This document shows, piece after piece, positions 37,526 through 50,297 of a stretch of DNA of 64,000 nucleotides. Numbering within the stretch: the first letter of the stretch is position 1; each line of letters begins with the position of its first letter. The position numbers and the translations under genes were made by a program. Under the pieces are notes generated by a model. The model did not search any database, was not told the origin of the DNA, and saw only the letters and a list, made by a program, of their open reading frames with translations. This DNA comes from Eledone cirrhosa (lineage: Eukaryota). The stretch is taken from positions 44,330,001-44,394,000 of the forward strand of contig OZ024746.1 of NCBI GenBank assembly GCA_964016885.1, in the 5' to 3' direction.

Positions 37526-37597
<72 letters not shown>

Positions 37598-40500
37598 TGC
37601 ATTTATCTTGCTTTATGTTTATACGAGTTATCACCAAGTCACAACCAGTGACCTCAAGAGACAACAAGGTCCGCCATGTTCAAGAAAGAACACACATATT
37701 CACACATGCATCCTTAGTGTTTAGACTTGTGATGTACTTATATTGACAGGATCTTCCTTAGTATATGGGCAGTTCCCATTAGTACTATCTTTTGTATTTC
37801 TCCTATACGCGGGTTTCCTGGGATTTGCGATAAGTAGTCGTTAGACCCCTTAGGTATCATTCCCAGAGCGCCTACAACCACTGGTATTGTTTTAGTTCTC
37901 AATTTCCACATTTTTCCAATTTCTATCTCCAGGTCCTTATACTTGCTCAATTTTTCAAATGTTTTTATAGATACATTCTTGTCTATTGGAACAGACATAT
38001 CAATTAGCAAGCATACCCTCCTTTGAAAGTCCTTCAATATTATATCAGGTCTATTTGCATCTATTTTTCGGTCTGTTTGGATGCTAAAGTTCCACAAGAT
38101 TGAGATGTGATCTTTTTCAAGTATGGGAGGTGGTTGATGCTCCCACCAATTCTTTTGATGGGGCAGGTCAAAATGCTTACACATTATCCAATGTATGTAT
38201 TGTGCAGCTCTGTCATGCCTGTTTAGGTATTCGGTTGGAGCTATGGGACTGCACATTGAAATTATATGGTCAATGGTCTCTGGTTGTTTTTTGCATACAC
38301 GGCATAGTGGGCTGCACCCATTTTTTATTATGTTGGCTTGGTAATTTTTTGTTGGCAGACACTGATCTTGTGCGGATATAATCAGTCCTTCAGTCTCCGA
38401 TTTCAGTCCAGAGGATGCCAACCACTGATGGGTTAAAGTTTTGTCAACATCAGGATTGTTAGCTCGCTCTGGGTATTTTCCATACAGAGGCTTTTCTTGC
38501 CATTTCTTAGCCAGTTTCTGTAGCAGTTCTTTCTTTGCAGTTACTTTTACCTGCTTTGCTTTTTCTGTGTTTTCCATTTCAGCAGTAAATGGGACTTCTG
38601 AAATTTGTAGTCCATTACTGTATCTTTGTGCATCTTTTGTAATGGAATATGATCTTTTGGTGCTTTCGTGTTTCAAAACGAGTTTGATCATCCAATCATG
38701 TGATTCCCTTAGATATGTGGATAATCCAATTGTTGCAGTTTTCAACGCAATGTCTAACTGGATTAACCCACGTCCTCCTTCTTTCCTAGGGAGATATATT
38801 CTATCTATGTCTGCCTTAGGGTGATGCATTCTGTGCATGGTTAAGAATTTTCGGATTTTTGTATCGAGCCTACGGATCTCTGTGCTTGACCAGTTGATGA
38901 CATTGTAACTGTAGGTTACTACTGGTATGGCAAGCGTGTTTATGGCATCGATCCTATTCCTTGCATTCAATTCCGTTCTTAAGATTGCTCTGACTCTGCG
39001 GTAACATTCCTTCCTTATCCTTTCCCTCATTGTCGAGTGCTTGATTCCGTCTCCTTCACAAACACCTAGATATTTGTAAGTTTGTTCTTGATCAAGCTCT
39101 CTTATCACGTTCCCCCGATCAAGATTAATGTCTGAACTCTTCAGCAGCTTTCCTCTGGTGAACGTTGCTTTGGCGCATTTATCCAGTCCAAACTCCATTT
39201 TAATGTCATCACTGAACTGCTTCACAGTGGATAATAGCCCTTGCAATTGTTCATCATTTTTTGCAAATAGTTTCAGGTCATCCATGTGGAACAGGTGATT
39301 AATGGTTTTGTCATAGACTCTATATCCATGTTTTGTTTCATTGAGCATTTTACTTAATGGTATAAGTGCGATGCAGAATAAAAGCGGTGATAAAGAGTCA
39401 CCCTGAAAAATTCCACAATTAATGTTAACTTCTCCAGCTTCCAGTGATTTTGTTTCACTATTCAAAAGGAGTGTCGTTCTCCATGTCCTCATACTGAATG
39501 ACAAAAACCTCCTGACAACGGGGGATATTTTGAAAATCTCTAAACATTTTTCAATCCAACTGTGTGGCAAACTATCAAATGCTTTTTTATAATCTATCCA
39601 AGCAATCGATAGATTTTTGTGTCTATTATGACAATCTTCCAGTATCATTTTGTTAACCAGAAGCTGATCCTTACAGCCATATGAGCCTCGTTTACACCCT
39701 TTCTGCTCAATGGGAAATAGGTCATTTGTTATCAGGTGGTCATATGTGTATTCAGTTAGGACTGATGTTAAAATTTTATACATTGTGGTCAAGCAGGTTA
39801 TCGGTCTGTAATTTTTGGGATTGTTTGTCTCATCATTCTTCGGTAGCAGGAATGTAATGCCGTTGACTAGCCATGATGGTATCTTTTCTGGCTCCTTAAC
39901 TATTTCATTGTAAAGTTGGGCTAACAGCTCATGAGACTCTGTGAAGGCATTTATCCAAAAGTTTTGTATTTTGTCTTTTCCTGGGGATTTCCATTTGCTG
40001 GTTTTTCTTAGAGCCAAGCGCAGCTGTTCAACTGTTATATTTTCCCATGTTTGTTCTTCAAGGTGAGCTGTTTCTTTCATTTGTCTGTCTATCCATGGGG
40101 CATGTATGTTATGAACTTTTTCTTCGGCCCAGATCTTTTCCCAGAATTCTTGCACTTCCTCCTTGGGTGGTATTGATTTAGCAGTTATTGTTGACTTACC
40201 AATTTTTCTGTAGAAGTTTCTTTGGTTGTTTTTGAACATATTATTATCCTTATAGAATCTAGATCGTTTTTCAAAGCGCCTTATACGAGCAGCTTTGGCC
40301 GACACTTTTTGCTTGATTGTTTCTATCAGCATGTCTATGTCACATGTTGATCTTATACTGTACTTTTTTTTCAATTTTCTAAGTTTAGTTTGTTTAACAT
40401 GTTCACCTACTTTATAGTTTGTTAAAATTTCTATGTCAGATCGGAGAAGGTTTATTTGGCGATTGATGTTATCTTGCCAAGTAGATTTCTTGTGGGAATT

Positions 40501-41550
40501 CCTTTGTTTTTTCATCTTCACTCCACATAAGTGAGTGGTGACTTTAGCCGATGCATAATAGAGATGATTTAAGTCAGTAATGTTTATTTTGTTTGTGATG
40601 ATAATGTTTTTGAGAATTATGTTAGTCTTGTGTATTATCTTTTGGTTCTGTTTGGAGTTCTGGATCTTAGGGAGGGTGTCTCGTTCCCCCATGTCAGATT
40701 CTTTCATTTTCATCCATTCGATCATAATTTCATCCTTCAAGTTGGCAAGTTCATTCTCATTCATTTCTTTATCATTTACGATCTCATTATTTTCATTTAG
40801 AGTTTCATCCTGAGCATGCACTCCCTCCACTTTTTCGCTCCTTTCTTTAATTTGTTCTGTTGCCAGTGATTCCGCCCCAACTCTGGGATTCGAAGTGTTA
40901 CAGTTTACCTCGTTTTCACTGACACATGCTTCATTTTCCCTTCGCTGACTTTGTGCTACTAGCATGATCTGATCAATTTCTATATCAGTTAGTAACTTTT
41001 TTCTTACAATATTTCTTCGTATATTGGCTAGTTTGTTACTGTCAATATAGCCTCTGTTTTCGGGATGTTTCTTTTTCCAGTTGATATATGTTTGCTCTGT
41101 ATTCGATGTATTTGATGGGTAGTACATGGCAGTGTAGAAAGCCTCAAGGACTTCTTTATTATCTTCCCTTGACCATTTTTCTCTCTTTTTCTTTGGATTT
41201 CTTGGTGGTGAGCATGGAGGGCCAACAGTAGGAGTATTCCGGTTATGGGAGGTCTCCAGCTCCGAAGTGATGGGAAGGTTTGAACCATTAGCTGATTTTT
41301 CGACCCCAGTCTGGTTCCTCTCTGAGGGACGCGGCCCTTTTTTACCCGGGTGACGGCCGATCCGGTATGAGATTTCATCATTAGACATCTACCTTATTTT
41401 GTCGCGTTTTATCCTTAACCGCCAAGGGGTAATCTTTTCGTGTTACCACTTCTAGAACGAGTGTCAACCAAGACTAGAGGGGTCGTTCTCCCCTAGAGAC
41501 ATGGCTATTCCCCGCCGGCCGCCATCCCGGTATTTCTTGGTCACGGGGTT
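37598..41550 (-). mobile_element. R4/Dong-like RLE non-LTR retrotransposon 2, apparently full length
   Basis: GC-rich 5' UTR, 1216-aa ORF, ~140-nt 3' UTR, (AAT)n tail. Confidence 0.88.
37738..41388 (-). CDS. RT + CCHC + restriction-like endonuclease polyprotein (1216 aa)
   Basis: KSPGKD, YRPITCL, QGDSLSP, FHMDD, CRVC..ETIDHIISMC, RHD, RPDIILKD..LIDMSVP. Confidence 0.92.
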   Translation of the reverse strand: MSNDEISYRIGRHPGKKGPRPSERNQTGVEKSANGSNLPITSELETSHNRNTPTVGPPCSPPRNPKKKREKWSREDNKEVLEAFYTAMYYPSNTSNTEQTYINWKKKHPENRGYIDSNKLANIRRNIVRKKLLTDIEIDQIMLVAQSQRRENEACVSENEVNCNTSNPRVGAESLATEQIKERSEKVEGVHAQDETLNENNEIVNDKEMNENELANLKDEIMIEWMKMKESDMGERDTLPKIQNSKQNQKIIHKTNIILKNIIITNKINITDLNHLYYASAKVTTHLCGVKMKKQRNSHKKSTWQDNINRQINLLRSDIEILTNYKVGEHVKQTKLRKLKKKYSIRSTCDIDMLIETIKQKVSAKAARIRRFEKRSRFYKDNNMFKNNQRNFYRKIGKSTITAKSIPPKEEVQEFWEKIWAEEKVHNIHAPWIDRQMKETAHLEEQTWENITVEQLRLALRKTSKWKSPGKDKIQNFWINAFTESHELLAQLYNEIVKEPEKIPSWLVNGITFLLPKNDETNNPKNYRPITCLTTMYKILTSVLTEYTYDHLITNDLFPIEQKGCKRGSYGCKDQLLVNKMILEDCHNRHKNLSIAWIDYKKAFDSLPHSWIEKCLEIFKISPVVRRFLSFSMRTWRTTLLLNSETKSLEAGEVNINCGIFQGDSLSPLLFCIALIPLSKMLNETKHGYRVYDKTINHLFHMDDLKLFAKNDEQLQGLLSTVKQFSDDIKMEFGLDKCAKATFTRGKLLKSSDINLDRGNVIRELDQEQTYKYLGVCEGDGIKHSTMRERIRKECYRRVRAILRTELNARNRIDAINTLAIPVVTYSYNVINWSSTEIRRLDTKIRKFLTMHRMHHPKADIDRIYLPRKEGGRGLIQLDIALKTATIGLSTYLRESHDWMIKLVLKHESTKRSYSITKDAQRYSNGLQISEVPFTAEMENTEKAKQVKVTAKKELLQKLAKKWQEKPLYGKYPERANNPDVDKTLTHQWLASSGLKSETEGLIISAQDQCLPTKNYQANIIKNGCSPLCRVCKKQPETIDHIISMCSPIAPTEYLNRHDRAAQYIHWIMCKHFDLPHQKNWWEHQPPPILEKDHISILWNFSIQTDRKIDANRPDIILKDFQRRVCLLIDMSVPIDKNVSIKTFEKLSKYKDLEIEIGKMWKLRTKTIPVVVGALGMIPKGSNDYLSQIPGNPRIGEIQKIVLMGTAHILRKILSI

Positions 41551-41691
41551 TTCTTTTTGTTGTTTTTTTTAAATTGTTATTATCATGAGTGGTACCTTAA
41601 TGTGAGCATTGCGTGGCTTAAGAATGAAATTATTAATAATTGTCTCCACTCCAGGGACAAGGCCAGCAATCACCCAGTGCATTACAACAAT

Positions 41692-41825
41692 ATAATTGTT
41701 TCCACCCTAGGCACAAGGCCAGCAATCACCAGTGCACCACTGGTACTTTATCCTATCGACCCCGCAAGGATGAAAGGCAAAGTCAACCTCGGCGGGACCT
41801 GAACTCAGACGGCAAAGGGACGTGA
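41692..41825 (-). mobile_element. Family-A SINE, 5'-truncated
   Basis: Reverse complement of core and tail. Confidence 0.8.
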
Positions 41826-41963
41826 CTATTACAATAATATAATATACTTTTTGTTGTAGTTGGCTGTTATTGCTGCTGGCTATGTCGGTGGTGGTGCCGG
41901 GGCTTTTTATATTGTTGGTGAGGAAGGGGTGAGCCAGCAGTCCCATAATTGTTGATGTAGACG

Positions 41964-41967
<4 letters not shown>

Positions 41968-42033
<66 letters not shown>

Positions 42034-42400
42034 TTCCATTCCTCGGAGGACCATGGGGCCTGAGTCCTCACACATGCCTTCCAGCGGATTCTATCAGAAG
42101 CAACTACCTCCCATTGATGCAGCTGAATCCCCAAGCAAGAGCAATGGAGCTCAGAGATGTTATTCAACCATCTTGCTCTTAAAATCCAACCAGTGATACT
42201 TTCATTAGACATTTTAACCAGATGTCCGTAGTAATAGATCTATGATCTTTCGATTTGAACGAGTAGCGACTCAACATTGAGCAACTGCATAAACTCCAAT
42301 CTCGCAGGCTATCCAGCTTCGTCCCCAAAGACAATTCGGAGGAACCCGATTTTAGATGCTTGTATCATTACCTAAGATTATTTTGATCTTTTGATCATTA
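41968..42400 (-). mobile_element. Degraded RTE-like LINE 3' end with (AAT)n tail
   Basis: WEVVASDRIRWKACV followed by (AAT)n. Confidence 0.55.
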
Positions 42401-42562
42401 CCTAAGATTCACGACCGTAAGCAAGAATACACACGAACACTGAATTGAAGTTTGGTTTTTACCCCGACCCCACTTCTTCGTAAGACAGAGTACTGAATCT
42501 GGCGTGTTACTGCAACAATTCTGGCAGGAATTTTTGCAGCATATATATATATATATACTTGT

Positions 42563-42651
<89 letters not shown>

Positions 42652-44390
42652 AGGTCAGGCCACTCCTAAATGATGCTGCTAACATGTAACCCTGTACAAC
42701 CTGTTCCGTGGTCGGGTCGCCGACGGCTAAACCAGTTACCCCACCAGGCTTGCTTGGTGATGAGGGTGAGTATTGGTCCATCTAGGAGATGGAAAACTCT
42801 GAGTCCAAACCTCCGCTAACTTGCGGTGATATCCAATCATGGGAAGGCTTCAGGAGTAAACCTTGTGGGACAATCCGGAGTCTGATCCCCTAATGCATTT
42901 CATCGTTGATTACAACTTAGTTCTGGCAGCTCCTGCGACAGCGCTACTGCCAAATTGTAGTAGCCTCGCTACTCCTTTGGATCCAGCAGCGTTGTGGAGA
43001 GGGTGAAATGCTGAATGGGCAATATCCTGTCCTCCAAGTCACATCACACAAGCTTGTATCCAGTCACTCCATTCTATATATCACTCATCAAAACAATCTG
43101 CACCATACACCTGGAGAGGACACTCCAGCTTCATCTACAGCATGGACACAACAGAGGGAGTAGAAGTTACCGGTGATAAGCCTTCAAACATTTGACTGCA
43201 GAGCATGGTCGAATTCTTCTACATCAAAATGAAGGGGAGAGTGCAGTTTAACGGGGGCACCTATCAGCGATTCAGCATTCGCATCGGCATAAAGCAAGGC
43301 TGCGTCCTTTCGCCCACACTCTTTGTGATCCTCTTTGCTCAGCTCTTAAAGCATGCATTCGGCACTGCAACAGAGGGTATATTCCTACATACCAGATCAA
43401 ACGGCAAGTTGTTCAACCTCGTCCGCCTCTGAGCGAGGACAAAGGTACGTAGAACCCTTATTAGAGACAGGCTGTTTGCCGATGATGCAGCAGGATCTCC
43501 AGATGCTGATGGACAGCTTCTCCCATGCCTGCAGGGATTTTGGACTGACCATCAGGCTTGAGAAGACAAACGTCTTGGGACAGGACACAGAGGAACTACC
43601 GGTCACCAAAATCGATGACGTCTATCAGTTCACCTACCTCGGTTCCACCATCACCGACAACCTCTCCCTGGATACAGAGCTCGACAGGAGAATTGGGAAG
43701 GCAACCGCAACATTTGCTCACCTCAAAACCCGAGTGTGGACAAACCCCAAGCTGGTGGTAAAGACCAAGATGGCTGTGTACAATGCCTGTGTCATCAGCA
43801 CCCCGCTGTATGTGAGAAATGGTCCCCATATGCTAGACAGGAGAGGCGACACAACATCTTCCATTTGAGAAGCCTGCGGCGTATGCTGGGTATATCCTGA
43901 CAGGACAGAATGCCCAACGCCGAGGTTCTTATTCGTGCTGGCCTTCCCAGCATGCTTACCCTCTCCGTCAGCGCAGACTACGCTGGCTCGGACACGTCCA
44001 TTTCATGAAATATGGCTGCATCTGGAAAGAGCGCCACCGGTCGACCTCGGCTGCGATACAAGGTCATCGTGAAGAGAGATATGAAGGCCATTGAGATCAA
44101 CAGAGAGATCTGGGAGAGCCTCGCAGCTGACCGGCCAAGATGGAGAAACACCCTGAATCAACACCTCAAATCAGAGGAGGAGAGTTTGATGACTGCAGCA
44201 GCGGACAGGAGAGCCTGGCGAGAGGAAAATAAATAATTCCAACAGACCAGATACCATATATACAGATGTCTTCAATGTGACAGAGACTGTCACTCACGTA
44301 TAGGTCTGTTTAGCCACCGGAGACGCTGCTCCAGGTGAGCTGACAACAGGATACAACCTATGATCAGTGTTGACCGAATGATGCTTTAAC
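42652..44390 (+). mobile_element. RTE-clade LINE with internal deletion (5' UTR joined to RT C-half), pseudogene
   Basis: GIKQGCVLSPTLF, LFADD, FTYLGSTI, RLRWLGHV, WESLAADRPRWR; C-terminal CLQCDRDCHSRIGLFSH; CTAGGAGATGGAAAACTCTGA 5' motif. Confidence 0.85.
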
Positions 44391-44391
44391 T

Positions 44392-44442
<51 letters not shown>

Positions 44443-44486
44443 AAGTTAAATAAAAGTCAAATGATTAAAATTTAGCTTCGTTTATT

Positions 44487-44541
44487 ACTGCTATATATAT
44501 TTCAGTGACAGCCATCTTTGGCTGTGACCTCTTCAGGCAGT
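44487..44541 (-). ncRNA. Minimal type I HHR within a ~220-bp element (44437-44655) embedded in (TA)n
   Basis: ACUGC-CUGAAGA-GGUC ACAGCCA AAGA UGGCUGU CACU-GAAA-UAUAUA-UA-GCAGU. Confidence 0.85.
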
Positions 44542-44652
44542 TTGAATTAGTATGGTATAGACAAGTACATATGTTGTTTAGGTGTATGATATTGTCAATA
44601 CTCTGATATGCCCAGTTCCTTGTTGGGTTGTTAATTCACTGGGGAACTGGAG

Positions 44653-44724
<72 letters not shown>

Positions 44725-44727
<3 letters not shown>

Positions 44728-45125
44728 AAATTCGCCACAAATTTGAATCGAACAATTCAACCTGAGAAATATTATAGGAGCTCACCATTGGCGCAACCAT
44801 ATGCCCTCCTTCGTCCCATCATTTAGCCAGTAAATTTCGCAGGGTATTCCAGCCATTCCAGCTTCACGAGTACTCTCTAAAGGACTTGCCTATTGAATTC
44901 GTGAGATCAATGAAGCAATTGTACAGATGAAGGTGTTGCTCCTTACATTTTACGGTGCTAATGCCGTGCAACGAAGATTACATCTACAGTGCCGCGAAAT
45001 GGACAGAACCGTACTGAGATTCTGGCAGAATGTTAGATGCCACGTGCATCAGTAGACGATTAAGAAGAAACCTAACAAAGATTTGACCAACAACAGATAG
45101 TAAAGACATCCCATAGTAATTGTCA
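44725..45125 (-). pseudogene. RTE RT fragment
   Basis: YYGMSLLSVVGQIFVRFLLNRL..ILPESQYG. Confidence 0.7.
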
Positions 45126-45142
45126 AAATACACCCCACCCCT

Positions 45143-45270
<128 letters not shown>

Positions 45271-46072
45271 CATTGATACATACACACACAAATAACTATA
45301 TATGTATGCATCAGGGTATAACTTTGTCATATACTTCGGCTGCTTTGCACAACATACTATATATTTCAATTAACTATCAACACGAGTGTTATGGAAACCA
45401 GTACGTCTATTTCAAGATACTGCTCTAAGTGATAGAGTGCATAAGCCGTTTAGATGCGTAATTTTCTTATGGTTGTTTAGATATGCATATCTCCTGATTA
45501 GGAACCCAACTAGGTTTGAAAATCGATTCAGGGTATTTATAATTGTTTTCAACTGACATGGTAATACGTATATATGGTATGTTTAAATGTTCATATACTA
45601 AACTTGAGTAAGTCTATGTACATATTACGCCATCCCGGTATAATCTGATGGAATGTTATCATATGCGTGGCTGCGTCTGTAGTTTAACCCACTAGCATCA
45701 ATATGCGACGTCAAAATAATTCATCTGTTTATATTATCTAGATTTTCTTTATGTAGGTACATTATACACGTTCTATCATAGTATACTGCATTACAGTAAA
45801 TTTATTTTTATCAAGAGCATAAATGTTCTACAAAAGAACAAAGAAAAACGCAGAGGGTATAGTGAAAACAATATTCATAAATGCAAACTATCCATCATTT
45901 TACAGAGAGGCTATATGATCTAAAGGACCCTTAATAAGTTATAGAACGTGAATATTTTGAGGTACTTTACATACAAGTTTTGTATGTAAACAATAATGTG
46001 TTTTAGCTTGCAACTAGCATTTAATATTTTTTGTAATGTTAGATATATCAATTTAAATTTTAACAAATAATT

Positions 46073-46357
46073 AATTGTTTCTACTTTTGGCACAAGGCCA
46101 GCAATTACCCAGTGCATTACTGGTACTTTATTTTATCGACCCCGTAAGGATGAAAGGCAAAGTTGACCTCGGCGGGATTTGAACTCAGACCATAAAGGGC
46201 CGTAACTCTTTGCTGCAAAGCATGGCGTCCGACCCTCTACCGATACTGCCAATCCACCATTTTAACAAATAATTAATTGTTTCTACTTTAGGCACAAGGC
46301 CAGCAATTATCCAGTGCATTACTGGTACTTTATTTTATCGACCCCGTAAGGATGAAA
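46073..46357 (-). mobile_element. Full family-A SINE plus adjacent truncated copy
   Basis: Direct repeat TTTTAACAAATAATTAATT flanks the full copy. Confidence 0.88.
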
Positions 46358-46727
46358 CAATAATTAATGATTGAAAGACAGTCGAATTTTATATATACAT
46401 AGGTTTGGATAAACTGGTTTGAAAAACAATTAAAAAGGCATCAGTACTTTTGAAAATTATAACATTAAACATATGAACTTGATATGTTATCGAATTTTTC
46501 AAATAAATAATAAAAAATACATTATATTATTTATACTATTTATGGTTATGTAAATACAAAACCTTAAGCAGTTGTAAGTATTTTACACACACCCTAAATA
46601 GTGGTAGGCAGTATTGTATTACTACCTTATTACCAGTAAGTTAAGTAGCTCAATGTAAAAACATCAGATGATTTACAGAGCAGTTATATGAAATATAAGA
46701 ATCAAAGAACTGTTCAAAACATTATTG

Positions 46728-46774
46728 TGCTTACAGCTGTTTCCTCCAAACCGAGGTTTGGATTCTTCGGAGCA
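46728..46774 (-). ncRNA. Minimal type I HHR (U4C core change)
   Basis: UGCU-CCGAAGA-AUCCAAACC UC GGUUUGGAG-GAAA-CAGCUG-UA-AGCA. Confidence 0.65.
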
Positions 46775-47361
46775 ATTTATTAATGCATGGACAGTTATAT
46801 GACCTCCTTTTCAGCCGAGAGACATACCAATACATATTCAAACATTGATACATATTCAAACATTGTGGGTCAACATTCATTACAGAATTTAGAGTGGCAG
46901 TACACACTTCGAGATTACATTTATATTAATAGGTACAATCAAAAATCAAAAATACAACATGAAGATAAGCGGTTATATAGTGCAAATGTTATATGTGTGG
47001 CACGCATGTGCGTCTTATTTATATAGTGTGGCAGAGAGATATGTGTGGTAGAGGCACTTAGGTAGGTAAATAAGAATGTTAGGTTGGTAGATCTGGTGGC
47101 AAATTCTTTATATGATTGATATAGTCTGTGTGTGGAGAAATATTATAAGCATTAAAGATAGTGCAAGCATTAAAAGTGTTATAAGTAATGGAGATGCACA
47201 GCGCAGGGATGTCAAGTATTTCATGTACTTCGGCATTTTCATGGTCAGGGGAGTGTATTTTTCGATTATATGCCCTTCACATAATCCACGACAATCCAGT
47301 TAGAGATCGTAGTCTGGTGTTCTCTAGTTCGATACAGGAGGTTGTTACGTTTCTAGAAACG

Positions 47362-47545
<184 letters not shown>

Positions 47546-49069
47546 AAGAGATCAATATGTGTATATGGATATTGATACACATATACAAAACATAGATTTA
47601 TTGATAAATTTCGGTTTTTAGAATAGAGGTTACGACTTCATAATGAATTAAACGCGAATACGTACAATAAGGCTTATCAAAATAACACACAAATACCATA
47701 ATTGGGATAACTACAATTTGCTATCTGTTAGCATTTATTGTCGTTTTTGTTTACAATATTTTGAAATGAATTGCTCCCAAATCATCATAATTACAGACAA
47801 TATTCTGAATCGTTGTATTGGTTGTACATCTGACAAACTAGGTATTGATTATATTTTATATCGTTGGTAGATTTTGAACGGAAGTTGCCTAAGAAGTTAA
47901 AACTAGCGTTAGAGACTAACTATGAAAACATTGTATATAGTTTCCTTATTATATTATAGCAAAATTAAATTAGTTTCTGATTATATTTCGTATTTAAGAC
48001 AGAAGGTACTGTCTCTAAGCTAGTTTTTAAATGTGTAGGAAATAGAGGAGCAATGTAATTCTACAAATACTATCATGACTATATTTGATATTGATTCCAA
48101 CTTAAGTAGAATCGATATTTCCCTTTTATAGATGGTTCTTTTCAAGTGAGCGTACATTATAAGTTTAGAGAAGTAGCATCGACTGACTGAGGATAAATTT
48201 AGACTGTTCATTGAATAATATATTTTACAAGATTTTTCTCAAGTTTAAAAAAGTAATCAAACAAACTACTCTTTCTAACTCTCGAAGCAGTGCCTAGGAA
48301 GTATCTTTGAAACCCCCACTTATATTGTTACATTTGAAGTGATTCTAATTTAATTTTGTTTGTAATAAGTATAGTTTCGCTATCAGTTATAAGAAAACGC
48401 TTTCTTTCTTCTACGCAGCTTGATTGACAATCGCATTACAACACCAGTAACAAGATAAATATTGGTTGATGTATATTTCACAAAAAACATCAATAAGTTA
48501 TGGGAGTTTACTGCTTTTGTTTTTAAAATAACTATTTTATTTCTTCTGTCTGATTAAAGGCAAGTAGGAAGCGTAGAATATAATCCGCTTTGAAATCAAT
48601 TATAATTTATTCTTTTGTTATTTTCTTATATTTATTAGGGAGGTTATTAGCAGAAGTAGTAGAGTGCTGGACAAAATGCCTGACCATATTTCCTTACTAC
48701 CGAGTAAATAACATTGTCTTTCCTAATACTGAGATTGATAAGTACGGATAATATACTGCAATCGATTTTATTCACGATAACCCCTCCTTTTAAATATGAG
48801 AGATCAATGATCCATCCTTGTGACCGAAAGATTATTGCATTTAGTTCAGAATACAGAAAATCTTCATTCTCAGTTATATTTGATTGTCATGATTCTGGGT
48901 TCAATAAAATAAGTTCCACATATAAAATTGAGTTTAACCAATCAACAAATATTCCCCCTCCACCAAACATAATTTTCTCCTACGTTCTACGTTACCATCC
49001 ATCCGTGATGAGGTAACGTTTTATTCACCCTGTCCATTAATTTAAAAGCTAGAACGTACTGGATGCAAT

Positions 49070-49143
49070 TTCTTCTTCTTCTTCTTCTTCTTCTTCTTCT
49101 TCTTCTTCTTCTTCTTCTTCTTCTTCTTCTTCTTCTTCTTCTT
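49070..49143. repeat. (CTT)n microsatellite
   Basis: Direct reading. Confidence 0.95.
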
Positions 49144-50111
49144 GTAAACATAATGGCTCGTTGCGATATAAGCGTGATAATACTGAAAGAATAAGCCAAT
49201 CCAGTCAAAGAGTGGTAAACTACAAGTGCAGATGGTGCAATGGGTGACAAGAAAACTCTCACCCCAGAGTGATGCAGCTACGATGAGGCGAGTAAAGAAC
49301 CACCTCTGAAAAAACCTGGTCATCACAGTCTGAGAAATATACTAAGTTGATGACTGGTGTGGATATGACCACCAACACACTGCAATAAAGCTGGAAGTAA
49401 TTTGATCAACAAAACTCAAGTCTATAAATTTGAAGCCGTATACTATTTAATGTTTTTGTTTACCATCTGGACAGTAAAATGGGTAGATGATATTTACCAA
49501 AACAATGTTTCATAAGTACAGTTTCCGACATTTATTTAAAAGTCAATGCGTTTCAGAAGTTGATTTGGTAAATTATGACTTTGTCAGAAGTGATAAATGT
49601 AATAAACAATCAAAGAAATACGTCTCACACACGTAAGTAATTTGAGAACGAAGTGAATAGTGAAGCTGGATGGAATTGTTAGTCTTAAGATAAAATATGT
49701 TATGAGAAATACAATAAAAGAATGTGGAATGTCTGAAGTGCAGGAATATCATAATGCAGACCACAAAAACTCTCCGAATGATATTAATATAGATGGGAAA
49801 GGAACTCATACGCAACATCATTTAAGGCATCTCATTAATTGAAATATGAATAGAAAAAAAGGTGTTAATACACGGAATATATATAGTCTATTTGTCGATA
49901 TGAGGGCGAAAATACATGAAAAAAAAAAGACTCCCACTGAGTTTAGTACTTATTCAGTATCACATGAGTGCTTTCATAAATGTATATAGGCGAAAACAAA
50001 GTTGTGTACCAACGTCACTATCACCAACCTAGAAGTACAATGTATCAGGCACTATTCTAAAAGTTGATGGAGAATATCTTACTACCGATACTCCAATATG
50101 TTACATATAAT

Positions 50112-50297
50112 TGTTTCTACTTTAGGCACAAGGCCAGCAATTACCCAGTGCATTACTGGTACTTTATTTTATCGACCCCGTAAGGATGAAAGGCAAAGTC
50201 AACCTCGGCGGGATTTGAAATCAGATCGTAAAGGGACGTAACTATGCTGGAAAGCATGGCGTCCGACCCTCTACCGATACTGCCAATACACCGCCCT
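50112..50297 (-). mobile_element. Full-length family-A SINE
   Basis: TSD TGTTACATATAAT; nearly identical to the copy at 19882. Confidence 0.9.

Noticed and set aside
41490-41550. HDV-like ribozyme at the 5' end of R4-like element 2
   Set aside because: CCCCG/CGGGG and ATGGC/GCCAT pairings exist, but the spacing leaves no room for P3/L3, P4 or the catalytic C
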